Below, piece after piece: positions 19,340-29,027 of a stretch of DNA of 64,000 bases. Under the pieces are notes generated by a model. It did no database searches, was not told the DNA's origin, and saw only the letters and a program-made list of their open reading frames with translations. This stretch comes from Gammaproteobacteria bacterium (lineage in GTDB: Bacteria; Pseudomonadota; Gammaproteobacteria; UBA4575): positions 192,001 to 256,000 of the forward strand of contig CBDEUS010000002.1 in NCBI GenBank assembly GCA_965243395.1, in the 5' to 3' direction. Numbering within the stretch: the first letter of the stretch is position 1; each line of letters starts with the position of its first letter. The translations under genes were made by a program, and so were the position numbers.

Positions 19340-21103
19340 TTGATGCAAACAAAAATAGCTAAAGCGGTAAGTGCTGCAATCAGTAGTCTACAAGCTACAG
19401 AAAAACTGCCTCAAGACTTAAATATAAATATTCAAGTCTCGCGCAGCAAAGATAAAGCTCATGGTGACTTTGCTTGTAATATAGCTATGCAGCTAGCGAA
19501 GCAAGCCAAGATGCCACCCCGCCAGCTTGCAGAAATATTAGTGTCGAACCTTCCTGATGATGGAAATATTACGAAAGTAGATATTGCTGGCCCTGGTTTT
19601 TTAAATTTTTATGTAAATGAAAATCTACATGGTGAAATACTCGATAGTATTTTGCAGCAAAATGAAAATTTCGGTTTATCAAAAAAATATTTGAACAAAA
19701 AAGTACAAATAGAATTTGTTTCTGCAAATCCAACAGGCCCTTTACATGTTGGTCATGGTCGAGGAGCCGCTTATGGCGCTACGATAGCAAATCTTTTAGC
19801 TGCTGTCGGATACCAAGTACAGCGTGAATATTATGTGAATGATGCCGGACGTCAAATAGATATTTTAACCACCTCTGTTTGGCTGCGTTATTTAGAACTT
19901 TGTGATGAAAAATTTAACTTTCCTGTAAATGCTTATCAGGGTGATTACATTTGGGATATTGCGGCAACTTTACATCGCGAATATTCAGATAAATTTCTGC
20001 ATCACGCTCAACAATGGATGGTTGATTTACCTGCTGATGAACCACAAGGAGGTGATAAAGAGGTATATATAGATTCAATTATCACTAAAGCAAAGTCATT
20101 ACTTGGTGAAGATAACTATGAGATTTTTGTGAAATGCGCCTTAGAGGCCATTACCAATGACATTAAAGATGACTTAGCACTTTTTGGAGTAGAGTATGAC
20201 AATTGGTATTCAGAAAAATCTCTGGTTACAAATCATAAAGTTCAAGAAGCGCTAAACACGCTGGAAAATAATGGCCATACCTATGAAAAAGACGGTGCGA
20301 CTTGGTTTAGAAGCATACAGTTTGGTGATGAAAAAGACCGAGTCTTAGTTCGTGAAAATGGCACTCATACGTACTTCGCATCAGATATTGCCTATCATTT
20401 AGATAAATATAACCGTGGATTCGATCGCTTGATCAATATTTGGGGAGCTGACCACCACGGATACATAACAAGGATTAAAGCAGCAGTTGAGGCGCTTGGT
20501 AAAGATGCAAAATCATTAGACATACCGCTTGTGCAATTTGCAAATTTATATAAAGGTGGCAAAAAACTTGCAATGTCTACTCGCTCGGGTGAGTTTGTAA
20601 CATTACGCGAACTGCGTAAACAAGTTGGCAAGGATGCCGCACGATTTTTCTATGTTATGCGCAAGCATGAGCAGCATTTAGACTTTGATCTAGATCTTGC
20701 GACTTCACAGTCCAAAGACAATCCTGTGTATTATGTTCAGTATGCCCATGCGAGAATATGCAGTATTTTTCAACAGGCTAATGTAGAACTGCAAGACCCC
20801 TCTGTTTTAAGTGCTGATAATTCACAATTATCTAATCAACACGAAATAAATCTATTAAGACTACTAGCTCAATTTCCGGAGCACGTTTTATCCTCGGCAG
20901 AAAAACTTTCGCCTCACATTGTGGTTAATTATTTGCGTGACCTGGCGAATGCGTTTCATAGTTTTTATAATGAAAAAGAAAATCAAGTATTAAGTGATAA
21001 TCTTGCAATCCGCGACGCAAGGTTGAAACTTATTAATGCTACAAAAATAGTACTTAACAATGGGTTAAGTCTACTTGATGTAAGTGCTCCAGAGAAAATG
21101 TAA
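19340..21103 (+). CDS. argS: Arginine--tRNA ligase
   Basis: EFVSANPTGPLHVGH, MSTRSG and YVQYAHAR. Confidence 0.97.
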   Translation: MMQTKIAKAVSAAISSLQATEKLPQDLNINIQVSRSKDKAHGDFACNIAMQLAKQAKMPPRQLAEILVSNLPDDGNITKVDIAGPGFLNFYVNENLHGEILDSILQQNENFGLSKKYLNKKVQIEFVSANPTGPLHVGHGRGAAYGATIANLLAAVGYQVQREYYVNDAGRQIDILTTSVWLRYLELCDEKFNFPVNAYQGDYIWDIAATLHREYSDKFLHHAQQWMVDLPADEPQGGDKEVYIDSIITKAKSLLGEDNYEIFVKCALEAITNDIKDDLALFGVEYDNWYSEKSLVTNHKVQEALNTLENNGHTYEKDGATWFRSIQFGDEKDRVLVRENGTHTYFASDIAYHLDKYNRGFDRLINIWGADHHGYITRIKAAVEALGKDAKSLDIPLVQFANLYKGGKKLAMSTRSGEFVTLRELRKQVGKDAARFFYVMRKHEQHLDFDLDLATSQSKDNPVYYVQYAHARICSIFQQANVELQDPSVLSADNSQLSNQHEINLLRLLAQFPEHVLSSAEKLSPHIVVNYLRDLANAFHSFYNEKENQVLSDNLAIRDARLKLINATKIVLNNGLSLLDVSAPEKM

Positions 21104-21127
21104 ATAATTTCGACAGGTTTAAATTTA

Positions 21128-21661
21128 ATGGCACGAAGAAAAAAACGTTCAACTGCAAAATCATCTAGCATTATCCCAGCTTGGATTTGGCTGACACTTG
21201 GAATTTTAATTGGTCTTGGGATCGCAATGTTCACACGATCTAATGGGCGCTATGTTAATGATTCTCAAATAGTAAGTCCTTCCCAATCCCCTATTACCAC
21301 TGAACCGACTACAAAACGAAAATTCGATTTCTACACATTACTTCCTGAACTGGAAATTGTTATCCCTCATGAAGAAACATTACCTCCAAAACAAAATTCT
21401 AATACCACGACTCAAACCGAATACAAAGGCGGATACTTACTTCAAGCCGGTTCATTCCAGCAATTTAATGAAGCAGACAGTTTAAAAGCGCGTTTGGCCT
21501 TAATCGGTGTGGAAGCCAATATTCAATCTGTTGAGGTGAATAAAAAAAAGTGGCACCGCGTGCAAATTGGCCCGTCAAATGATCGCAGCGCCTTGGAAAC
21601 CTTGCGCAAGCGCTTAAAAGCAAGTCAAATTGATACCATCTTGTTACAGGCCAAAAATTAA
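21128..21661 (+). CDS. SPOR-domain cell-division protein (FtsN-like)
   Basis: One TM helix, FDFYTLLP and LQAGSF...WHRVQIGP; follows argS. Confidence 0.85.
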   Translation: MARRKKRSTAKSSSIIPAWIWLTLGILIGLGIAMFTRSNGRYVNDSQIVSPSQSPITTEPTTKRKFDFYTLLPELEIVIPHEETLPPKQNSNTTTQTEYKGGYLLQAGSFQQFNEADSLKARLALIGVEANIQSVEVNKKKWHRVQIGPSNDRSALETLRKRLKASQIDTILLQAKN

Positions 21662-21664
21662 ATT

Positions 21665-22159
21665 TTATTGGTTTTTTTGGTGCTCTAAAATTTGAAACGC
21701 AATTTCCGTTTCCTCTTTATTAGGTAAATGCGGACCCTCTACACCTAATATTTCAAAACTGTTGTAATTTTCTGTTTTAACGACTACACGCCCAAAAAGC
21801 TCGTTTGCTGCCAAACGCAATTCACTAATTTGGTTATATTTAGAGCTAAATACGGGTGTATATTGCTTTGCGCTCCATTCTGAAAAATAAACGCCTTGGT
21901 CTGTACAAACAATTACGCCTTTCCTTGATTTTTTTCCAGCTGGTAAGAATTTAAAACCATTTTTGTTCGGATACCATATCGCCCTACTATAAAAAATTAC
22001 TTCTTGTTTATTATTAGTAATACTATCTAGAAAAACATTTTGAAAATTTTTATCTTGTACAGGTCCATAGGTCAAGTTTTTAGTATTTGCACAGGAACAT
22101 AAAAATAGAACCAGCGCTAAAATGAATAACTTTTTATAAATAAGTTTATTATTTGTCAT
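21665..22159 (-). CDS. Hypothetical lipoprotein
   Basis: Lipobox-like LFLCSC; no family recognised. Confidence 0.65.
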   Translation of the reverse strand: MTNNKLIYKKLFILALVLFLCSCANTKNLTYGPVQDKNFQNVFLDSITNNKQEVIFYSRAIWYPNKNGFKFLPAGKKSRKGVIVCTDQGVYFSEWSAKQYTPVFSSKYNQISELRLAANELFGRVVVKTENYNSFEILGVEGPHLPNKEETEIAFQILEHQKNQ

Positions 22160-22173
22160 TTTTCAATATTTTC

Positions 22174-23985
22174 TTAAGCAAGAGACTCATACATAGCTTC
22201 AATATCAGCTGCATAAGTCTTGAGTAGTTGTGGACGTTTAGTTTTAAGCGTAGGAGTAAGTAGTCCGTTTTCTATACTCCAGGGCTCTAAGTATAAACTG
22301 ACTCTGCGCACTTGTGCATATCCCGGAAATTCATTTAAGCATTTTGAAATACGCTTGATTACATACTTTTGCACAGATGATTCTTTCAAACTTTCAGGAT
22401 TTTTTCGGTCAAGATTAAATTTCTCCGCTAAAGCCTTCCACTCCTCTTCGCTTAAAACAATCAATGCGGATAAAAAAGGCCTCGCTTCGCCGACAATCAT
22501 GGCTTGATCAAATAACGGATCAGCGCAAATTGCAGTTTCCATATCTTGTGGAGGTACCTTTTCTGCGCTGGCAAGCACAATAATGTCTTTGATTCGCCCG
22601 GTGATATACAAATATCCCTCGTCACTGACGGATGCCAGATCCCCAGTATGAAGCCAGCCTTCTTTATCGATTACTTCATCAGTCGCCTGTTGGTTATTAA
22701 AGTACCCAAGCATCACACAATCACTTTTAGTGCATAACTCACCTTCTTCAGTAATTTTGACTTCGATACCGGGAAGCGGTTTACCAATACTAAATGGGTC
22801 GTTATCTTCTTGTCGACCAACACTGATAGTTGGGCTGCTCTCGGTCATTCCATAGCCCTGGTACACTGGGATACCTAAACTGATAAAAAATTGTGCAATC
22901 GATTTATTTAACGCTGCTCCACCTGCAATGGCATATCTTAATCGCCCGCCCAAACGTTCTTTAATTTTCTTTGCCACTAAAAAATTGAACACAGGCCAAA
23001 ACAATAAACTCCAATGCCAGCCTTTGGCTTTAGTTTGGTATTGAAAATTCCTCCAACCAATTTTTAGTGCTAAAGAAAATATTTTTTTCTTTATAGGAGA
23101 TTCTTTTTCTAGTGAAGCCTGCACTTTCGCATAAATCATTTCATAAATTCTAGGTACAGATATAAAAGTGGTAGGTCGTACGATTTTAATATCGTCTGCA
23201 AGTGTTTGTATAGAACGTGCAAAACACACTTTCGAGCCTGCCATCATGGGTAAATAGCAACCTCCGGTACGCTCTAATGTATGCGATAAAGGTAAAAAAG
23301 ATAAAAATACGTCATGTGGGAAAAAATCACCGCATTGCAAAGCGGCATAAGCATTAGAAAGAATATTTTTATGACTCAACATTACACCTTTAGGTTTTCC
23401 AGTAGTGCCTGATGTATAAACAATAGTTGCTAAATCAGTAGCATCAATATTTTCTAGGGTAATTTTTGTAGAATCTTCAGCAGATATTGACCATTCAGAT
23501 AAATGAATTAACTGGGGATCGTCTTTTTCATCCGTTTCATTTTGATCCACATGTATCACCCGTTGAATCGAATTAAAAATAGATTGTGTTTTTACCAACT
23601 CTCGCCATTGGCGTTGATTTTGCAACAATAAAATTTTTACGCCTGCATCTTGGACAACATAAGCGACATTTTCAGCTCGGTCATTTGTATATAAAGGTAC
23701 CGTAACCAGGCCATATGCCATGGCAGCTATATCAAACATGATCCATTCCGGGCAATTCCTTAGCATGATGGCAACACGATCACCCTTATTCAGTGATTCT
23801 TTTTTTAAAGCTGTTTGAATTTCAGCAACTTTATTGGCTACTTCTTGCCAAGTTAAATCACTCCAGCCCTGTGCTTCATCAAAGTACCCATATGCATGTA
23901 AAGTACTTGAACGTGCCAAACGTTGTTGCAATAAACCTGGTAACGTCTTTGCAAGCTCTGGGGGGATATAGTCTGTTTCTGACAT
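22174..23985 (-). CDS. Long-chain fatty-acid--CoA ligase (AMP-dependent synthetase)
   Basis: YTSGTTGKPKG, YGMTE, WLHTGD and LTPTLK. Confidence 0.92.
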   Translation of the reverse strand: MSETDYIPPELAKTLPGLLQQRLARSSTLHAYGYFDEAQGWSDLTWQEVANKVAEIQTALKKESLNKGDRVAIMLRNCPEWIMFDIAAMAYGLVTVPLYTNDRAENVAYVVQDAGVKILLLQNQRQWRELVKTQSIFNSIQRVIHVDQNETDEKDDPQLIHLSEWSISAEDSTKITLENIDATDLATIVYTSGTTGKPKGVMLSHKNILSNAYAALQCGDFFPHDVFLSFLPLSHTLERTGGCYLPMMAGSKVCFARSIQTLADDIKIVRPTTFISVPRIYEMIYAKVQASLEKESPIKKKIFSLALKIGWRNFQYQTKAKGWHWSLLFWPVFNFLVAKKIKERLGGRLRYAIAGGAALNKSIAQFFISLGIPVYQGYGMTESSPTISVGRQEDNDPFSIGKPLPGIEVKITEEGELCTKSDCVMLGYFNNQQATDEVIDKEGWLHTGDLASVSDEGYLYITGRIKDIIVLASAEKVPPQDMETAICADPLFDQAMIVGEARPFLSALIVLSEEEWKALAEKFNLDRKNPESLKESSVQKYVIKRISKCLNEFPGYAQVRRVSLYLEPWSIENGLLTPTLKTKRPQLLKTYAADIEAMYESLA

Positions 23986-24137
23986 ATTGGTAGTCTTCGT
24001 TACATATAAGTACTAATTTGAACTAAATACACAACAATTTCTATTATTACTGGATAAATACCCTTATGGTTATAGGTTGAATTTAAGTCTTATCGCCCTT
24101 ATATACTAAATAATACCGATAGCCGTGGTTTTGCAAC

Positions 24138-25211
24138 ATGCCTGAAAATTCCCCAGAACAATCAACTGAGTTCGCTGTGCCATTAAAAGGCATTCCGGAA
24201 ACAGCTGTGATTCAGTCTAATTTGCCTGTTTACTCAGCTAAAGAACGTGAGGAGAAAATTGCCAATATTAAGCGTTTGCTAAAACGTGAAAATGCAGTTT
24301 TGGTTGCACACTATTATACAAACGAAGATTTACAAATGATCGCAGAGGAGACAGGTGGCTTTGTATCAGACTCGTTGGAAATGGCACGATTTGGTAACCG
24401 ACATCCTGCAACTACTTTAATAGTTGCTGGTGTTCGATTTATGGGTGAAACCGCAAAAATTTTAAATCCTGAAAAACGCGTGTTAATGCCAACTTTAGAA
24501 GCAACCTGTTCACTTGATTTAGGTTGCCCTGCAAAAGAGTTTGGAGAATTCTGTGATCAATATCCCGATCACGAAGTTGTTGTATATGCCAACACAAGTG
24601 CTGAAGTAAAAGCGCGTGCCGATTGGGTTGTAACTTCCAGTATTGCATTGAAAGTTGTTTCACATCTAATGGATCAAGATAAAAAAGTTTTGTGGGCACC
24701 TGACAAACATCTTGGCCACTATATTGAAAAAGTAACCGGTGCCGATATGGTACTGTGGCAAGGTGCTTGTATCGTGCATGAAGAATTTAAAGCGCGCGGT
24801 CTAGGTGAACTTATTGAAAAACATCCTGATGCAGGAATACTTGTGCATCCTGAATCTCCCGCTGCAGTTATTGATGTTGCGGATGTCGTGGGGTCGACAA
24901 CTGCATTGATCAAGGCGGCTAAGGAACTCCCGCATAAAAAATTTATTGTTGCTACGGATAATCGAATTTTTTATAAAATGAAACAAGCAGCACCCGGGAA
25001 AACTTTTATTGAAGCACCTACAGCCGGTGAAGGCGCTACTTGTAAAAGTTGTGCGCATTGTCCATGGATGGCCATGAACGGCTTACATAACCTTGAAACT
25101 GTGCTGGAATCAGGTATGAAAAGTGGTGAAAATGAGATATTTGTTGATGAAGATATCCGCCAAAAAGCCTATCGTTCTACAAGTAGAATGCTTGAATTTG
25201 TGGCTCATTAG
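24138..25211 (+). CDS. nadA: Quinolinate synthase A
   Basis: [29 protein letters not shown] and CPWMAMN. Confidence 0.97.
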   Translation: MPENSPEQSTEFAVPLKGIPETAVIQSNLPVYSAKEREEKIANIKRLLKRENAVLVAHYYTNEDLQMIAEETGGFVSDSLEMARFGNRHPATTLIVAGVRFMGETAKILNPEKRVLMPTLEATCSLDLGCPAKEFGEFCDQYPDHEVVVYANTSAEVKARADWVVTSSIALKVVSHLMDQDKKVLWAPDKHLGHYIEKVTGADMVLWQGACIVHEEFKARGLGELIEKHPDAGILVHPESPAAVIDVADVVGSTTALIKAAKELPHKKFIVATDNRIFYKMKQAAPGKTFIEAPTAGEGATCKSCAHCPWMAMNGLHNLETVLESGMKSGENEIFVDEDIRQKAYRSTSRMLEFVAH

Positions 25212-25370
25212 TAAGCCAAAAAATACCCTCCGTACCTTATAGCCACCTAATAATCGTGTTCGTCGCCCTTTATAGCCTTTTGTGCACTAGACCCTAAACA
25301 TTTAGCTGAAATTCACGCAATATCAGTCACTAATCGCTAGCGAGGGTCTTTTAGACCCAACTTATTATTA

Positions 25371-26567
25371 ATGACTGCTCAAGCATCAACAGACATTCAA
25401 AACCCGCTATCACTTCAGCAATTTATCAAGTTGCTGCAGAAGCTGCCGCCTGCGCGCATTGCAGAGCTACCAATAGAAAAATTACCGAATAATATTCCTG
25501 CAGATATCAGTGAAAAGATCCCAATGGCATCTAGAAGTGCAGTTGACGATCTGATCATGACGGCAAATTCATTTCACCTTAAACGACGCATGCGCGATCA
25601 AGAAGCGTATGGTCAACAGGTAGTCGCCGCTTTGGACAAAGCAAAAACCGCTTCGGGCTCTGCAAATTTACGAGTTTTTAAAAATAAGATCCTCTTATTG
25701 GTTGAAATTCTACAATCTGCTCAGAAGGGAACAAAAAAGATAGGCAATGATACTTTTGTTAAACATATAACATCGATAAACAATTTATTAATTGATGTGC
25801 GAAGCGAAACTATCCACTTACATGAGAATTTGGAAGTACTGAAAAAAACTAAACCTGTTAACGATGATGATAAAAAAAGGTTTGAAGCATCAATTCATAC
25901 TTTAAACAAAGAAACTATATCAGTTGGTAAGATTTTAGCTGAGTATTACATTTTACGATTGAAAGTTCTGGCACGTGCCATTCATCAAAAACGTAAACTG
26001 ATCGAAACGCGCGAGGAAACCATACAACTTAAACAGCAAGAACTTGAACAATTGCAAGCTGATCTTCGTGAAGCGCAGACATTATGGAAGCGCACCATGA
26101 AGCGTAAAAAGACTATTGATGAAACCAAAGAAGTACAACAACGTATTTACGATTTAGTCAATGAAATAAAAGCCAGCGAAGTCGTTATAGCAGAAAGTGA
26201 TTTAATACTATGGTTGGATGCTATAGTAGAAGCCAGTCTTAATGAGCATTCAAAACAGCGTGTAACCAAATCTCTACGCCAAGCAAGAATTTCTTTATTT
26301 TATTTATTAAATAAATTCTGCGCTTCACAGGAAGCATCAGCTATTCAAATTGCTAAAAACCCTTTTATACAAGTAGATCCAGAAAAAGCCATCAAGTTTG
26401 TGTTGATGTCTGAGCAATTTATACTTAATTATTTTACCAAGAAGAAAAATACTGCTACAGCATGGTTAAGTGGTGCGGCAGAAAACAAAATCGCAGAACT
26501 CGATCAATTACAAAAAGATATTCTTACTGAGCTAAGACGCGCAAGTAAGAGCATGTTCAAGCTTTAA
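25371..26567 (+). CDS. Hypothetical all-alpha/coiled-coil protein
   Basis: 398-aa open frame with a heptad-rich central region and no TM segment or recognised motif. Confidence 0.8.
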   Translation: MTAQASTDIQNPLSLQQFIKLLQKLPPARIAELPIEKLPNNIPADISEKIPMASRSAVDDLIMTANSFHLKRRMRDQEAYGQQVVAALDKAKTASGSANLRVFKNKILLLVEILQSAQKGTKKIGNDTFVKHITSINNLLIDVRSETIHLHENLEVLKKTKPVNDDDKKRFEASIHTLNKETISVGKILAEYYILRLKVLARAIHQKRKLIETREETIQLKQQELEQLQADLREAQTLWKRTMKRKKTIDETKEVQQRIYDLVNEIKASEVVIAESDLILWLDAIVEASLNEHSKQRVTKSLRQARISLFYLLNKFCASQEASAIQIAKNPFIQVDPEKAIKFVLMSEQFILNYFTKKKNTATAWLSGAAENKIAELDQLQKDILTELRRASKSMFKL

Positions 26568-26601
26568 CAAATCATCTCGCAACTTTCTGTTTGAAAATTA
26601 T

Positions 26602-26680
26602 TACGTCCGCTTTGGGTCGACAGAAATTTGCTCCTACAATTTCTGCACTTCCACCATCCATGGTGGTCGTAGCGTACACA
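26602..26680. repeat. 30-bp 12-6-12 inverted-repeat site interrupted by a ~49-bp mini-element
   Basis: TACGTCCGCTTT-GGGTCG-A[insert 26621-26669]TAGCGTACACA. Confidence 0.6.
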
Positions 26681-26741
26681 AATTAGTAATCTGTATTGAC
26701 ACGTTCTTAAATTGTCTTAGGAATTCTTCATCAAATTCAGA

Positions 26742-27290
26742 TTAGATTTTTCCGTCCAATCCCATTTGATAATACTTGTGAGTAATCTCTTCTTGGTTTT
26801 CTAATAACCATTCAATATCAGGTTCATTATTCATTGCCTTATGAATTGCACTGGCCATGGCTTTACGATGGATATCAAATAAAATTTTATGATCCAGATC
26901 TTCTGCTTTTGACACCATAGGGTTCAACCAAACCGAAACAATGATGCCAATATCATTTACTTTATCTTTCGGAATGTCACCATTGCGTACTGCATCCAGA
27001 ACGCCATTTGCAATTGCACCTTGTACGGTACCCATTAAAATGTTGGTATAGCGGTCATCCTTTACGGTTACTTTGCTGACCATTAAAGTTGATGGTCTGA
27101 CTTGAATATCGGTGTTCATTATTGCAAGTACACGAGAATGTCCTTTTACTTGATCTCCAAGCAAGGTTGCAAATGCGGTGCCCACAGGCCCATCTAATTC
27201 ACCAATAACCACTTCTGGTTCAGCTGCGGTTCCAGGTGGACCACCTGCAACCAATGACTCACCTACACGCATTACTATTCTTTCAGACAT
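26742..27290 (-). CDS. fae: Formaldehyde-activating enzyme family, non-canonical (Fae2-like) paralogue
   Basis: VGESLV, GPVGTAF, RPSTLMVSKVT, QGAIANGVLDAV..G.IP and AM.NEP. AEPE replaces canonical AHID. Confidence 0.88.
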   Translation of the reverse strand: MSERIVMRVGESLVAGGPPGTAAEPEVVIGELDGPVGTAFATLLGDQVKGHSRVLAIMNTDIQVRPSTLMVSKVTVKDDRYTNILMGTVQGAIANGVLDAVRNGDIPKDKVNDIGIIVSVWLNPMVSKAEDLDHKILFDIHRKAMASAIHKAMNNEPDIEWLLENQEEITHKYYQMGLDGKI

Positions 27291-27353
27291 TCTATTTCTC
27301 CTGTTAAATGTATATATAGGACCAAATGATGCGAGGTCAGTTGGTCTTTTCTG

Positions 27354-27383
27354 AATGTTCGCTATGTATCGATAGCAGACATT
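27354..27383. repeat. 30-bp 12-6-12 inverted-repeat site
   Basis: AATGTTCGCTAT-GTATCG-ATAGCAGACATT; arms are 10/12 complementary. Confidence 0.7.
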
Positions 27384-27484
27384 TTTAAGATTTGATTTGA
27401 ATAACCCAACATATTTATTATTTTAGTTTACCTATCCTTATTCTGATACAACATCCATGTTGTTACTCTTTTTCGTGAATCCAT

Positions 27485-27889
27485 TCACTCTCCTAAATTT
27501 AAAGTTTCTATTTGATTGTTAGATTCAGATTGTTGAGATTGATCTGTTTTTGATTCTGACTCGTATGCTTGTTCTTGCTCCAGCCGTGCAGATTCTTCTT
27601 CTAGTTTTTTTTGATTTTCCCGCGATATATATAACAATGATATCGTCGAGATCATCGCAATGGTTAAAGCGACTAAAAATGCAATCATCCATGCAGTGGA
27701 ACTAAGCCTATGAACAAACCAATAAAATAACCAGCTGAAGAAAATAAAAACAAGTGCTGCAAACCAGTAGGTAGCAACGATTATTGAGTTGAAACTTGAG
27801 TTATTTCCAACTAATTGCATGTATAACCACCAACCAATAGCAAGCAATAATAAAGTAAGAATGATATGAAGGATAAACCGAGGTGGCAT
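27485..27889 (-). CDS. Hypothetical membrane protein
   Basis: Three TM segments and a polar tail. Confidence 0.7.
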   Translation of the reverse strand: MPPRFILHIILTLLLLAIGWWLYMQLVGNNSSFNSIIVATYWFAALVFIFFSWLFYWFVHRLSSTAWMIAFLVALTIAMISTISLLYISRENQKKLEEESARLEQEQAYESESKTDQSQQSESNNQIETLNLGE

Positions 27890-27906
27890 AATATTTATTA
27901 ATTTTG

Positions 27907-28152
27907 TTATATAAGCAGATTATTTTTAGGAGGCATTTGTAAATAATATCCTTGTTCTTTAATACTTTGCATTACTTGTGTTGCGTCTGCCAAAGCAAGC
28001 TTGCGATCTTCTGTAAGATCAAATTCTAGTGTGAACTGTGGGGTTCCAAATAACAATAATAATTTCTCTGGAATATTAGAGAAATTATCTTTTTGATCAA
28101 GAAATATATAGCTATCCGCTTTTTTTACACTTTTATAAACATAGCATTTCAT
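27907..28152 (-). CDS. ycgL: YcgL domain protein
   Basis: MKCYVYKS...P..L...FG.P...KLA.AD...GYYLQMPP. Confidence 0.9.
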   Translation of the reverse strand: MKCYVYKSVKKADSYIFLDQKDNFSNIPEKLLLLFGTPQFTLEFDLTEDRKLALADATQVMQSIKEQGYYLQMPPKNNLLI

Positions 28153-28282
28153 AGCTACATAAAAGCTTAGGGATGAAACAAAGTCAATACGGGCCTGGCC
28201 TAAATTATAGATATCTAATTGGAGATTATTAGAAAAGAATTAGCATACTTCTCTAGTAAATTGGTGAGTTGAATGTTTACCT

Positions 28283-28993
28283 TTACTCTACTATCGGAGC
28301 AGTCGGTGTTTGCTTAGGTCTTGTATATCTGACAATAGATTGGATATTGTTGAAAGGATATTCGAACGAAACCGTGCCGCCTCCAGCCTGCTGTTCAATA
28401 GTGACGGAATCTTCAGATGTTTTAACTAAAGTTCCTGCAGATTTTTCACCATCATTAAATGTGACTTCTACATTTGCACCGATTGCAGAATTAGCATTTT
28501 CAATGGGGACATTTATTGCACGAGGCTTACTTTTACCAATGTTTTTAACCGTCTCATCTTCCTTAGGTGCAAGCGGTTCTATCTCGCTAGATGTGAATCG
28601 ATCTTTATCAGTACTCAATATCGGATCATAAGCTTCGTCATCTTCCAGCTCAACTTGTGCAGCTTCATCTTCATTAGGTAATGGTTCATCGGGGGGCACA
28701 GCCGTAGGAATACTACTAACAATTTCATGTTCACTTATTATGGGCATAGTTTTTAAACCACCACCATAAATGCCAATTGCTGCTATGACTAAACCAACCA
28801 AAGACATGGCAAAACCATTGCGCGCCTGGCTGTTTGTCCATTTTACAAAACTATATACTGGTACAAAAACCGGAGGCAAAATCATTACCAATAAACCCCA
28901 AATAAAACTTTCTTTAAAAGCGTCCAGCAATACCATGATCATTCCTACAAGAAGCAGTAGTAACGCTAGAATTAAAACTATTTGAGCGAGCAT
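28283..28993 (-). CDS. Hypothetical membrane protein with acidic linker and small C-terminal beta domain
   Basis: AFKES..WG three-TM N-terminus. Confidence 0.75.
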   Translation of the reverse strand: MLAQIVLILALLLLLVGMIMVLLDAFKESFIWGLLVMILPPVFVPVYSFVKWTNSQARNGFAMSLVGLVIAAIGIYGGGLKTMPIISEHEIVSSIPTAVPPDEPLPNEDEAAQVELEDDEAYDPILSTDKDRFTSSEIEPLAPKEDETVKNIGKSKPRAINVPIENANSAIGANVEVTFNDGEKSAGTLVKTSEDSVTIEQQAGGGTVSFEYPFNNIQSIVRYTRPKQTPTAPIVE

Positions 28994-29027
28994 ATTTTTT
29001 TAAATAATTTCCTAAACCAGTTTGTGA

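Noticed and set aside
28269-28631. 120-aa + strand ORF
   Set aside because: Antisense shadow of 28283-28993. The many short antisense or alternative-frame ORFs inside core genes (e.g. 32350, 33381, 34974, 63565) were rejected for the same reason.
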